A DNA stretch of 64,000 nt from Octopus sinensis (taxonomy: Eukaryota). Below, piece by piece: positions 1-12,311 of this stretch. The DNA is taken from assembly GCF_006345805.1 (NCBI RefSeq), contig NC_043011.1, forward strand, positions 34,794,464 through 34,858,463, in the 5' to 3' direction. The translations under genes and the position numbers were made by a program. The number at the start of each line of letters is the position of its first letter. Position 1 is the first letter of the stretch. The notes beneath the pieces are model-generated. The model was not told where the DNA came from and made no database searches. It was given only the letters and a program-made list of their open reading frames with translations.

Positions 1-352
1 TTGATCAAACAAAGCTGTTCTGGGGCGAAACGCAGTTATATGTATATATATTACGGAGATGTACTTGCAAAGCAAGTGACCTGATCTGACCCCGTGTTCT
101 GCAACAAAAACAATTGCAGCGTGGAAGGTGTTTATAAGCCATTTAAGAAACACACAAAAACCGTTAGATTCACTTCAACATTTAAATTGAATTTGCCAAA
201 ATATTTTCGTCGCTTTGAGACCGCGACATCTTTATTGACAAAATTCTGTGCTGCAGGGAATTTTGTCAGTGAACAGGTTGCGGTCTGAAAGCGACGAGAA
301 TATTTTGACAAATCAAACTTAAACGTCGAAGTGCTTCTAACGGTTTTTGTGT
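1..352. mobile_element. MITE-like element, partial, with internal imperfect palindrome
   Basis: Arms acacaaaaaccgttaga... (152) and ...tctaacggtttttgtgt (352) are complementary, with an inner gacaaaattc/gaattttgtc hairpin. Bases 1-36 recur at about 6251-6287. Confidence 0.6.
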
Positions 353-360
353 ATTTTTTT

Positions 361-479
361 ATGATGATGATGATGATGATGATGGTGATGGTAATTGATG
401 GTGATGGTGATGATGATGATGATGAGGATGAGGATGATGATGGTGATGGTGATGATGATGATGATGATGATGGTGATGG

Positions 480-510
<31 letters not shown>

Positions 511-536
511 CATGATGATGGTGATGGTGATGATGG

Positions 537-571
<35 letters not shown>

Positions 572-715
572 GTGATGGTGATGGTGGTGATGATGGTGAT
601 GGTGATGATGATGATGGTGATGATGATGGTGATGGTGATGGTGATGATGATGATGATGATGATGGTGATGATGGTGATGATGGTGATGATGGTGATGATG
701 ATGGTGATGATGATG

Positions 716-747
<32 letters not shown>

Positions 748-842
748 GACAATGATGATGATGATGATGATGATGGTGATGATGATGGTGATGATGATGA
801 TGATGGTGGTGATGATGGTGATGATGATGGTGATGATGATGT

Positions 843-877
<35 letters not shown>

Positions 878-1088
878 GTGATGATGTTGATGGTGATGAC
901 GATGATAATGATGATGATGGTGATGGTGATGATGATGGTGATGGTGATGGTGATGATGATGATGATGATGATGGTGATGATGATCATGATGGTGATGATG
1001 ATGGTGATGATGATGATGGTGATGATGATGATGATGATGTTCATGGTGATGATGTTGGTGATGATGATGATGATGGTGATGATGTTGG

Positions 1089-1120
<32 letters not shown>

Positions 1121-1256
1121 GTGATGGTGATGGTGGTGATGATGGTGATGGTGATGATGATGATGGTGATGATGATGATGATGGTTTTGGTGATGGTGAT
1201 GATGATGATGATGATGGTGATGATGGTGATGATGGTGATGATGGTGATGATGATGG

Positions 1257-1302
<46 letters not shown>

Positions 1303-1397
1303 GGTGATGATGATGATGATGATGATGATGGTGATGATGATGGTGATGATGATGATGATGGTGGTGATGATGGTGATGATGATGGTGATGATGATGT

Positions 1398-1432
<35 letters not shown>

Positions 1433-1622
1433 GTGATGATGTTGATGGTGATGACGATGATAATGATGATGATGGTGATGGTGATGATGATGGTGATGGT
1501 GATGGTGATGATGATGATGATGGTGATGATGATGGTGATGATGATGATGGTGATGATGATGATGATGATGTTGATGGTGATGATGTTGGTGATGATGATG
1601 ATGATGGTGATGATGTTGGTGA

Positions 1623-1656
<34 letters not shown>

Positions 1657-1815
1657 GGTGGTGATGATGGTGATGATGATGATGATGATGATGGTGATGG
1701 TGATGGTGATGGTGATGGTGATGGTGATGGTGATGATGATGATGATGGTGATGGTGATGATGATCATGATCATAATGATGGTGATGGTGATGATGATGAT
1801 GATGATGATGATGAT
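361..1815. repeat. Compound (GAT/GGT)n trinucleotide tract with about 550-bp higher-order duplication
   Basis: Rare variant triplets recur at fixed offsets: gtt at 841 and 1396; gttgatggtgatgacgatgataat at 886 and 1441. Confidence 0.95.
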
Positions 1816-2742
1816 ATCGGGTAGCTTTTAAGGTACTGTCCCCAAATGGAAAGAGATGCAAACAGATCTCTGACTAGTTTTGGAGAATTTGTTGCAATTG
1901 CTTCCTCCAGGGTCATATCCTAATGATCATATTCTTCCCAAAACAATCAAGTAAAAAAATTTTGTCGAAAATGATCACTGGATTTTGCAATTAATTTCGA
2001 TTATTCCCAAAATTTATTTCCAATTTAAAAAAAAACTTTGTCGAAAAAATTAAGTAAAAAAAAAACGCCGAAAACAAACGCAGTAATGAAAACCTGAGAA
2101 TCCAAAATTTCAGGATTGCGAGTCTGGATTTGGCCCAGAACACTTTGGATTTGCTTACGGAGTCGGCCTGATTCCAAAATGGTTTGATATATTGGGCAAC
2201 GGCCTCTACAAGTAAAATTGACAAAAGTGTGACATGCTGACACACTGACCTTCACATTTATTATATTAGATAATAATAATGACTTATCAGTTACATATCA
2301 CTTCACCTCATCATCAATGATTCTAGAGCGTTTTTGAATAAATTTTCTTTTTCTTTTTCTTTCCGTTTTTGTTTTTTTTTTCTTTTCTTTTCTCTTCTTT
2401 CTTTCTTTTTTTCTTATACACTACCAAACAAAATCCCAAAACACTGGTGGAGAATGCAAAGGGGAAATGCAAAGAAAAATTGAGTGGCTTAGCTGCAATA
2501 AAAAGGTGTGGCGCACAATTGTGACAAAGGCACAATGCAAGTTGTGCCTACGGATAGGAGGCCTGTGGACCGTGGATGGGCCTGGGTTGTCTTGACAGGT
2601 AAAGTTATTGTTTTCTTTTGTTTTACAGATTGAAAAAAAAGATATAACACTCGGACACACAAAAGGTGGGGTACATTATACACCCTGGCAGTGTGGATGT
2701 GTATGTATTTGAATGTGTACATATGTGTGTGTTTGTGTATAT

Positions 2743-2775
<33 letters not shown>

Positions 2776-2808
2776 TATATACATATATATACACATATAT
2801 ATATATAC

Positions 2809-2901
<93 letters not shown>

Positions 2902-3515
2902 ATATTTATACTGAGATGAGAGAGTCAATATGCATCCTATTCTATTTGCGTGAATATATCTATATCTATATATATAGATATACTTATTTTCTTTTATTCC
3001 TGTACTTGTTTGAGTCATTTGTCTGTGGCCATGCTGGAATACCACCTTTAATTGAACAAATCAACTCCATAACTTATTCTGTGTAACCCAGCCGTACTCT
3101 TTCACCACAACTCTCTCTCACTCTTTCTTCCTGTTTCTATTGTACCTGTATTTCAAAGAGCCAGTTTTGTCACACTCTGGGTCACGCTGAATCTCCCTGA
3201 AAACTACATTAAGGGTACACATTTCTATGGAGTGCTCTGCCACATGCACGTTAATTTCACGAGCAGGCTGTTCCGTTGATCGCATCAGCTGGAACTTTCA
3301 CCATCGTAACCAACGGCGTGCCAAAATACATACATACATACTTCTAAATACCACTTTTCTTGGACGATGGAACTGCAATTATTACATATTTATACATTTT
3401 TTCATGTCTATATTCGTTCCTCTATTTCCCTATATAGTCCTTATTTGCTTCCTTCTCCAAAATAACTCCGCAGACTGAACCCTAATATTTCCCTCTATTT
3501 AGCCATCTCACTTCA

Positions 3516-3561
3516 TCTCTGATGAAGGGATAACCACAATATTCCAGAAACAGCTGTAAGA
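3516..3561 (+). ncRNA. Type I hammerhead ribozyme motif (Penelope-like element type)
   Basis: tct-CTGATGA-a-GGGATA(accacaa)TATTCC-a-GAAAC-AGCT-GTA/aga: intact core, 6-bp stem II, 2-bp stem III with palindromic loop, 3-bp stem I. Confidence 0.6.
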
Positions 3562-3627
3562 CTAACTTTCTCAGTATAAACGCCTTGAAAATTCCACACC
3601 TCCTTGGCCTTGCTGTCTCATTTTATT

Positions 3628-3668
<41 letters not shown>

Positions 3669-3672
3669 TACA

Positions 3673-3729
<57 letters not shown>

Positions 3730-4719
3730 TGCATGTGTGTGTCGTGTATTTCACGTTATTTATTTATGTAAAGGTTTATTATATATTTCGCAGCGTACAT
3801 GCATAATAACTTCTTTATGTTTATCACATCACCACCCCTGCACGATGTCTAAACTTTTTTTCTTTCCTTCGCCATTGCTTCCTTGCCAAATTATTTTGGC
3901 GCCTTTTTCTCCCAGCCTTTCTGATTCCTTCTCTCCCTCTCTCTCTTGGACACTGCTTCTGTCCTCGCTTTCCATCCTCCTTGGTCCCCTCTCTCTCTTA
4001 CCCCCTTCTCTCTCTTACCCTCTTGCGACTTGCTGCCTCAGCCATTCTGTTGCCATCGGCCGCTCGTTCAACGTGTGTCTCATCACCGAAAAGGTAATTA
4101 TTTTTCCACGCTTGTTGATATTGTTTTTGTGTCTCTTTTTGTCTCAAAGCCGTAGGGCGCCTGTGTCATTCATGTTTTTAACCGTTACTGTCTCCCAAAA
4201 AGATTTTTTCGTTTCATGTTCGTCTCTGTTGCGTTGCATTCTTTCCTTCTGTGGCTGGCTGATTCAGAGCGGATCTCAGAATTAAACAGCCGAAATCTGC
4301 GATGAGGAATCAGTTTCTGACTGAAGAACGAAGGCTTTGAATGACCCGTTTGTCTTTTTGTTCGTCCCTTCGTGTATTTCACGTTATTTATTTATGTAAA
4401 GGTTTATTATATATATATATATATATATATCATGTTTATTATGTTTATTAAGGGATGGGCTGGACTCAACAGTAACCAGTGGACCTGCAAGAGTGAGGTA
4501 TAAATTTGCTTGAGAGCACTATGCTCTTAATGGTGGCTGACCTACAGCTATCATATATTACACACACACATACATACATATATATACATGCATGTATGTA
4601 TATATATATGTGTGTGTGTGTGCATGTGTATACATATATGTATGTATATACACACATATATATGTACATAAATACACATTTATATGCATGTATATTTATG
4701 CATGCAATTTAGCATCCAA

Positions 4720-4775
<56 letters not shown>

Positions 4776-4868
4776 TATATGTAGGTCCCGGGTTGATTCG
4801 GGGGGTTAACCACAGTAAATAAGGTACTCAATACATAGCAGAGTAAAATTAATTTATTATATAGAAGG

Positions 4869-4917
4869 AGCTTCTACAGGACTAGAACTGTTTCATCAAG
4901 AGAAATCATCAGGAGCT
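4869..4917 (-). ncRNA. Inverted copy of the same hammerhead motif
   Basis: Left arm of palindrome 4852-4980 reads agctc-CTGATGA-tttctcttgat-GAA-ACAG(ttctagtc)CTGT-A/gaagct on the minus strand. Confidence 0.5.
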
Positions 4918-4963
4918 TCCTGATGATTTCTCTTGAATGAAACAGTTCTGTCCTGTAGAAGCT
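4914..4963 (+). ncRNA. Type I hammerhead ribozyme motif
   Basis: AGCTTC-CTGATGA-tTTC(tctt)GAAt-GAA-ACAG(ttctgtc)CTGT-A/GAAGCT: 6-bp stem I, 4-bp stem III, GUA site, weak stem II. Confidence 0.6.
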
Positions 4964-5001
4964 CCTTCTATATAATAAATATATATATATATATATATAT
5001 A

Positions 5002-5085
<84 letters not shown>

Positions 5086-5489
5086 ATATATATATATATA
5101 TATAGAATATATTATATCATGCTGGTTCCACACTCCTTTGAGCAACATCAAATTCACTCATTCGTCCGCAAACACTCTCCAAGTTTTCCTATCGTTTATA
5201 AACTCTCTTACCTCTCTCACTCCATCAGCTCTAACCACCAAAGCTTTCCTCACTCCTCCGTCCACACAAACCGAGGTCTGCCACTGGTTCTGTTGTCTAC
5301 CACTTCTGCCTTCATCATCCTCCTTTCCATCCTCTCCATGAAACCAAACCACCTCAACATTCGTCTATCCGTTTTGGTTGTTAGGTTTTTTTTTTCTCAT
5401 TTCTGCTCGCCTTCGCACCTCCTCATTCCTCATCCTGTCCATCCGTGTCACACCATCCGTAGACATCAGACATCTCATTTCAAACACAT

Positions 5490-5723
5490 CTATGTTTCTT
5501 TACTACCCACAAGGGGCTAAACATAGAGGGGACAAACAAGAACAGACAAACGGATTAAGTCAATTATATCGACCCCAGTGTGTAACTGGTACTTATTTAA
5601 TCGAACTGGAAAGGATGAAAGGCAAAGTCGACCTCGGCAGAATTTGAACTCAGAACGTAACAGCAGACGAAATACGGCTAAGCATTTCGCCCGGCGTGCT
5701 AACGTTTCTGCCAGCTCGCCGCC
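5490..5723 (-). mobile_element. tRNA-derived SINE family B
   Basis: Head ggcggcgagctggcagaaacgttagcac, B box gagttcaaattc, core ggggtcgata..ttaagtaccag. More than 25 copies in the window. Confidence 0.85.
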
Positions 5724-6392
5724 ATTTCAAACACATCTAGTCGTCTCTGTACCATATAACATTGTCAGCACAATCACACCCTCGTACACACCTTTTCGCT
5801 TTCATACTTTCATACCTTTCACAACTCCAAGAATCTTACTCCCCTCCCTCACTCTGTATCCCACTTCCTCAGCCACCTCCACCCGCCGTCACATGTGATC
5901 CCAGATACTTAAAAACACTCACCTCCTCTAACATCTCACCATTTCTACTCACATCTCTCCTACCAGCCATCTCATCTCTCGAACATCTCATCTGAGAACA
6001 CACATTTTTTTAAACCTTGACAATCTGTGGATTTCTAATTTTAAGACATCAATTTGTCACAATCATTTTCACGTCTACTTTTAATTACTTAACGAGAGAT
6101 TTTATTTTGAAATAGTCAGCCAATTCTCTCACAACGTTTGTGACTCGAAATTCATCCCCGTGTTAAATTGTTAAATCCAAGGGAGATAAATCAGTACGTC
6201 TATATTGTTTCGTTTTAAATCAAAGACGGCTGCTACGTCTTTGTATTGATTTGATCAAACAAAGCTGTTCTGCGGCGAAACGCAGATATACACTTACTTA
6301 TCTCCCTTGGATATGATTTTTAATGACTATCATTTCTCTCCCTTCATGATTTTTTTTCGTTCTGTCTCGTGAGCCTTATCTCCCCTGTTTAA

Positions 6393-6765
6393 CCCTTTTC
6401 GTATTGACCCTCCTACGACTTCTTGGTTCCATCAATACTTCATGTGAATTTGTGCGTCAAACATCAGTTTAATAATGATTATAGATTTTGCCACAAGGCC
6501 ATCAACCCCAGTGCCCAACTGGTGCTTATTTTACCGACCCCAAAAGGATGAAAGGCAATGTCGATCTCGGTGGAATTTGAAATCAGAACATAAGGATAGA
6601 CGAAATACTGTTATGTATTTTGCCCGGCGCGCTAACGATTCAGCCAGCTCGCCGCCTTAAACTCCTACTTCATAATGAATAGTCATTTCATTAAATTCTT
6701 CGTTATTTTAAAGATTTACTGAAACAAAAGCAACGTATTTCATCAAAAATTTCGTAATAAAAGGG
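6393..6765. mobile_element. piggyBac-like MITE interrupted by SINE-B (about 6478-6660)
   Basis: TTAA|CCCTTTT start and AAAAGGG end; same family as 63212-63575. Confidence 0.6.
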
Positions 6766-6879
6766 CCAAATTATATTTAGAATACTGAAATAACGATTTA
6801 GGAAGAAATTGTTTAGAACATTACGAACGATTGAATTCTTCTTTCTATTGTAAAAATAAAAAGCTGAAGAAGAAATTAT

Positions 6880-7385
6880 GATACACTATTGCATCCTATC
6901 TCCTCTGAATATCATCATATATGGACAAACCCCCAGAGAAAGTAATACAAAAAGACCTCAAACGACAGTGTTTGTACATCATTCGGTGGACGCTGATGAG
7001 CAGCAAATAAGGAGTCGGCAAGTTGTAGCTCTTGGTGAAACAGTTTTTTTAGGCTACAAATTTCATTTGATATGGAGTGATGTTACTCGACAAGATAATC
7101 AAGGAGTTGCTCCATGTTGAATCGCTACTTCTCCACATTGAGAGATCACAACTCCTGTACTGAGGATATGTGATTGGAATGTCACAGGGAAGAATCACAA
7201 AGCAGATTCTTCGGAACCAACTGGCAAAAGATCTGGATGAAGACCAACAGCGACATGGTTGGACAATATCCATAGTCTCTGTTGGTTACGTTTGGAAATC
7301 CATCCGGAAAGCATGATGATGGCTATTACCAATAGGACTGTATGGAGGAGGTGTGCGAGGACTTTACTCCCACGAGGAATAGCTA
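6880..7385 (+). mobile_element. Decayed RTE-clade (Expander/Rex3-like) LINE 3' fragment
   Basis: Translates KELLHVESLLLHIERSQLLY*GYV, resembling the EPLLLxIERSQLRWxGH C-terminal motif; stops and frameshifts present. Confidence 0.65.
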
Positions 7386-7519
7386 CTCATAAAAACCTTG
7401 CCAAAATTGGAACGTATGAGCGAGACATAGTCCCAGACCTGCCTAAGAAGTGCATGATCCTCAAAGAGAACAAGTTCTGTTTGTGACAGCTCATTGAACC
7501 CATGTGTATATATATATAT

Positions 7520-7887
7520 ATATATATAAACGGCAGTTTGTCTGTGTGTCTGTTGGGTTGTACCCTCACCCTGACCACGGCTTTCAACTGATTCTGATGA
7601 AACTTGACACACACATAGCCCAATGTCATAATTCAAAACTAACGCAGCGAAAATTTTGAAAAGTTCCCCCAGTTCTGAAAAAAATCGATAAATTCGACAT
7701 GGGGTCGAGAATCAGAAACACAAACCACAGACTGTCTAGGGGACGCAACTCGACCTTTTAACTCTCAAAAAAAATTTACCATCCTTTTTTTTCCCATTTT
7801 TTTTGCTATTTTTTGGCTATAACTCTCTAAAAATGCTTTATAGTTATTTCCCTTACAAACCCGAGCAACGCCGAGTGATACTGCTAG
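7520..7887 (+). mobile_element. Non-autonomous Helitron
   Basis: 3' end acccgagcaacgccgagtgatactgCTAG|T (subterminal hairpin plus CTAG); 5' end lost in (TA)n. Confidence 0.75.
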
Positions 7888-8097
7888 TATATATATATAT
7901 ATACATAAGACAGATTTGTACTTTTAAGTGTGTCTTCATTTAATTCTACACTACGTTTCTTGATAATTTTCCATTGAAGATCTCTTTATGTTAGATGTCA
8001 AAATCGCTAAGTACCAAAATAAGAATTATTATATATAATGATATAGGGATGCCATTTGTTTAACCTCACCACGCACATAATTCAACTTTTAATTCAA

Positions 8098-8310
8098 CCT
8101 TTTAGCATTTAAACCAGCCATATCTGGTTCAAATTTTCTTATGTTCAAACTAGCCGTATCTGGCCTCTTATACCTGCCCTACAATGTCATTCCCAAAGTT
8201 AAAGAGTCACATTATTGAGATCTCATAACTAAAAAACAATGCAGGAGTAATTCAAAATAATGTAAATATATAAGCATTACATTTGATTGAGTCACCTGAA
8301 TGCTAAAGGG
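8098..8310. mobile_element. piggyBac-like MITE, second family
   Basis: TIRs cc(c)tttagcatt / aatgctaaaggg; TTAA on the right and degenerate TCAA on the left. Related copy from 62976. Confidence 0.65.
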
Positions 8311-8602
8311 TTAAAATTTCACAATTGTTAACCTGTTTTGATCATGAGAGCCCTAAGTTGTTGCCTCTGTCTTCCCTTGTCAGATCTGAGCATTGTTCCA
8401 ATGTTTACAAATGCTTGTGTTGCATTGTGTTACCATAACTAAACTATGATCAAATCACTGAATATGAAAACCAAAATAGTTGGGTTTTTCTTTTTCAACA
8501 TTCGATTTTGAAGTACATCACACAAAGCTATAAATAACAGCATATAAATATTGGGATAAAAACCACTTTTTGATAGAAAAAGTCAAAAGCTGCACATGAT
8601 GT

Positions 8603-9012
8603 GCAGGAGTGGCTGTGTGGTAAGTAGCTTGCTAACCAACCACATGGTTCCGGGTTCAGTCCCACTGCGTGGCATCTTGGGCAAGTGTCTTCTGCTATAG
8701 CCCCAGGCCGACCAATGCCTTGTGAGTGGATTTGGTAGACGGAAACTGAAAGAAGCCTGTCGTATATATGTATATATATATATAAGTGTGTGTGTATATG
8801 TTTGTGTGTCTCTGTCTGTCCCCCTAGCATTGCTTGACAATCGATGCTGGTGTGTTTACGTCCCCCGTCACTTAGCGGTTCGGCAAAAGAGACCGATAGA
8901 ATAAGTACTGGGCTTACAAAGAATAAGTCCCGGGGTCGATTTGCTCGACTAAAGGCGGTGCTCCAGCATGGCCACAGTCAAATGACTGAAACAAGTAAAA
9001 GAGAAAAAGAGA
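8603..9012 (+). mobile_element. tRNA-derived bipartite SINE family A, near-intact
   Basis: A box tggctgtgtgg, B box ggttcagtccc, internal (TA/TG)n linker, aagtaaaaga tail; TSD ATGATGT at 8596-8602 and 9013-9019. Similar in kind to the published octopus tRNA-derived SINEs (OK/OR1/OR2); exact name not assigned. Confidence 0.9.
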
Positions 9013-9924
9013 ATGATGTGCTTCAAGAGCCAATATTCGAAAAAAATTATTTCTTGTTCTCATGGAAGTTTATAAAATTCCATTGATATCAACAGAATAT
9101 TAAAATATCTAGCTTAGTCTCGTGGGGTCCTTGGGCAAGTCCTGTGCATGTGAACCTTCTCAACATAACATGGGAAGGCCCATACCCTCCCCTGCCACCG
9201 TTCACCATATTGCTGGAACTTCAGCAACCATGACAAGACCTAAGATGAATACTGGAGTGGTTTCCCATTGGCTTTCCTTGGCAAGTGGGATTTGAACTCA
9301 GGATGTAGAGACCCAGAAGATACAGCATCAATATAGTACATTTGTAGAGACACCAATGATTCTGCCACACTCTCATGAGTGTGAAATGAAGTGTTTTGGT
9401 CAAAAACACAATGCACCACCCAGTCTGGGGATTGAATCCACGATTCAACGATCATGAGTGCAGTGCCTTAACCACTAGGACATGCACCTCCACAGTATGA
9501 AAATATATCTTAATGAATAAATAAACAATAAATAAAACATAAAATATTTTGCAGAATTTTGTCTTTATTCAACCCATTATTATTTTTTATCATTCATTTT
9601 CTTTTTGTTTTGTTTTTTTTGTTTTTTCCCCCAAATATAATACAAACCCTCTTTGGAGGGAGGTGAGGAGGAGGTTAAAATTCCTCAGAGTAGACCGAAA
9701 TAAATTCAAACAATCATGACAGGTTAAAAAAAAAAAAAAAAAAAAAATTACTTTTGGAGAAACACATATACATTACACATATGCATACATACACACATAC
9801 AAACACACACAAACTGGGCAGAAAATTATATTTATTAAAACAAATGTAGATTTTTTTTTTTAAATCATAAAAATCAACCAAAAATTGTGTAAATAAAAAT
9901 AATATTAATCATTGTCTTGAATTT

Positions 9925-10378
9925 TCGCACAAGGCCAGCAATTTTAGGGAGAGGGGGATAGTCAGTTACACTGATCTAGGTACCTGACTAGTACTTTATT
10001 TTATTGACCCTAAAGGCGTAGTTGACCCCTGCAGGAATTGCAGTCAGAATGTAAGATGCTAGAAGGAATGCCATTAAACGTTTTTCTCCAAAATGCAAAT
10101 GATTCTCTCAGCTCACTCCTTTCATAAAATAGTTTCTGATTTAGGCATCAGGCCAACATTTTGGAGAGGAGGGTCAGTAATCGATACCATTGACCCTAGA
10201 ATTTGACATGTACTTAAATTTATTGACCCCAAAAGGATGTAAGGCAAAGTTTACCTCAGTGGAATTTGAACTCATAATGTAGGGTTAAGTCAGAAGAAAT
10301 ACTGCGAGGCATTTTGTCCAACACTCTGACATTTCTGCCAACTCACCAACTTAATAATAATATTAAATAATAATAATG

Positions 10379-10428
<50 letters not shown>

Positions 10429-10639
10429 CCTTTCTACTGTAGGCACAAGGCCTGAAATCTGACAGAGGGGGATAATCGATTACATCAACCCGAGTGTTTC
10501 AATGGTACTTAATTTATCAACCCCGAAAGGATGAAAGACAAAGTTGACCGTCATTGAATTTGAGGTCAGAAAGTAGCAGCAGATGATATGCCACTAAGCA
10601 TTTTGCCTGATATACTAATGATTCTGTCAGCTCATCACC

Positions 10640-10688
<49 letters not shown>

Positions 10689-10850
10689 TAATGCTAACAA
10701 TCCTTTCTCCTATAAGCACATGGCCAGCAATTTTGAAGGGAGGTCAAGTCGTTTACATTGATCTTGGGGCTCAACTGGTACTTATTTTACTGAGTCCAAA
10801 AGAATGAAGGGAAAAATCGACCTTGGTGAAATTTGAACTCAATAATCACA
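9925..10850 (-). mobile_element. Cluster of 4-5 tandem SINE-B copies separated by (AAT)n
   Basis: Repeated aaaggatgaaaggcaaagt..gaatttgaactcag cores in the same orientation. Confidence 0.8.
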
Positions 10851-11229
10851 ATAATAGTAATTTCAGCAGTTTCATGCAGCTTTCTGTTACACTTCCAAGT
10901 ACACCAACATGTTCCTGAGATGTGTGCAACAGAATTTTATAGGGAGTATTTGTATATTACATCTGCATAGTATAGTTGTGGGGTCTGTTTTATCGGCTCT
11001 GTTTTTTTGTATAGAGTATGTAATATTGCATAGAATATGTATCAGTATGTATGTTTGTTTGTTTTTTTTCGTTTTTTTTTTGTGTCACTAGATTAGTGAT
11101 TCTGTCTTGTATATGCTTTGTAGATTATTAGTTGCTGGTTAAGTTAGGATTGTGTTATAGTATCAGGTGTCAACTAAGTAAAAGTATGTCCTGTGTTATA
11201 TTATTGGATAGTGATGGCATAGCGTATGT

Positions 11230-11525
11230 ATAGTGTGGGCTGTGATTGTATAGAGTATGTAAGCAGCGTGGGACGTAATTGCATAGATTATGAATAGAGT
11301 GGCAAGTGATGATTGCACAGAGTATGAATATTGTACAAGCTGTGTTTGCATAGAGTACATATATATAGTGTGGGTCGTAATTGCATAGAGTGGGTATATA
11401 GAGTGGTTGGTGATTGTATAGAGTATGTATATGATGTGGGTTGTGACTGCATAGGATATGTATATAGAACGGCTGGTGATTGCATAGAGTATGTATATAG
11501 AGTGGGTTGTAATTGCATAGATCAC
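11230..11525. repeat. Degenerate 33-bp minisatellite
   Basis: Unit approximates gattgcatagagtatgtatatagagtgggttgt, about 9 copies. Confidence 0.8.
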
Positions 11526-11961
11526 GTGTTGTGTAAGTTATACAGAAAGTATATTGTGTAGATATATTACAGAATAAAATTTATCTTGCGTAGAATGTGG
11601 GCTGTGTATAGCAGAGATAAGTTTGGACTGTGTATGTATAAATTGTAAGTAAAGGTATTGCATTTCAGCATTACTTCATGTTCAAACAAGCAAAACAAAG
11701 AAAGAGAGAAAAAAAAAAGAAGAAAATGACTGAATTGACTGACGAATGTCATGACTAAAGACAACTTTGATTTAACAAGAGTGGATTATATAACAAAAAC
11801 AAAATGTTAAGTTCAGTATAACTGCTTGTCCATGGTGTAAGACAAGAGATCAAATAAGGCTTAACTTCACATAACATGGGAAGCAACTGTGTAACATGCT
11901 TCTGTCACAGTTTAGATACATCTTTATATCTATATCTATAAATATATATACATATACATAT

Positions 11962-12133
11962 GTGGTTGGTACACTCTCGGAGTGGTTGGCGTTAGGAAGG
12001 GCATCCAGCTGTAGAAACACTGCCAGATCTGACTGGCCTGGTGCAGCCTTCGGGCTTGCCAGACCCCAGTTGAACCGTCCAACCCATGCTAGCATGGAAA
12101 GCGGACGTTAAACGATGATGATGATGATGATGA
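11962..12133 (+). mobile_element. Retroposon 3' module ending in (GAT)n (family D)
   Basis: ggcgttaggaagggcatccagc...ccaacccatgctagcatggaaagcggacgttaaacgatgatg. Copies at about 32746-33170 (-), 43245-43435, 44380-44575, 48570-48715. Confidence 0.75.
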
Positions 12134-12135
12134 TA

Positions 12136-12169
<34 letters not shown>

Positions 12170-12265
12170 AAAATGAGACACAGATATAGATATATTCATA
12201 TGTGTATATATATACATGTATATGTGTGTGTGAGTGTGTCAAATGACTAAAACAACTAAAGAAGA

Positions 12266-12311
<46 letters not shown>

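Noticed and set aside
359-1861. 500-aa poly-His ORF, plus poly-Ile and poly-Met/Val frames
   Set aside because: Other frames of the GAT repeat. The His frame starts at TTG and lacks the Gly-His pattern of cephalopod beak proteins.
8603-8680. Possible tRNA genes at SINE heads
   Set aside because: A/B boxes are present, but there is no complete cloverleaf or terminator and they run into SINE bodies.
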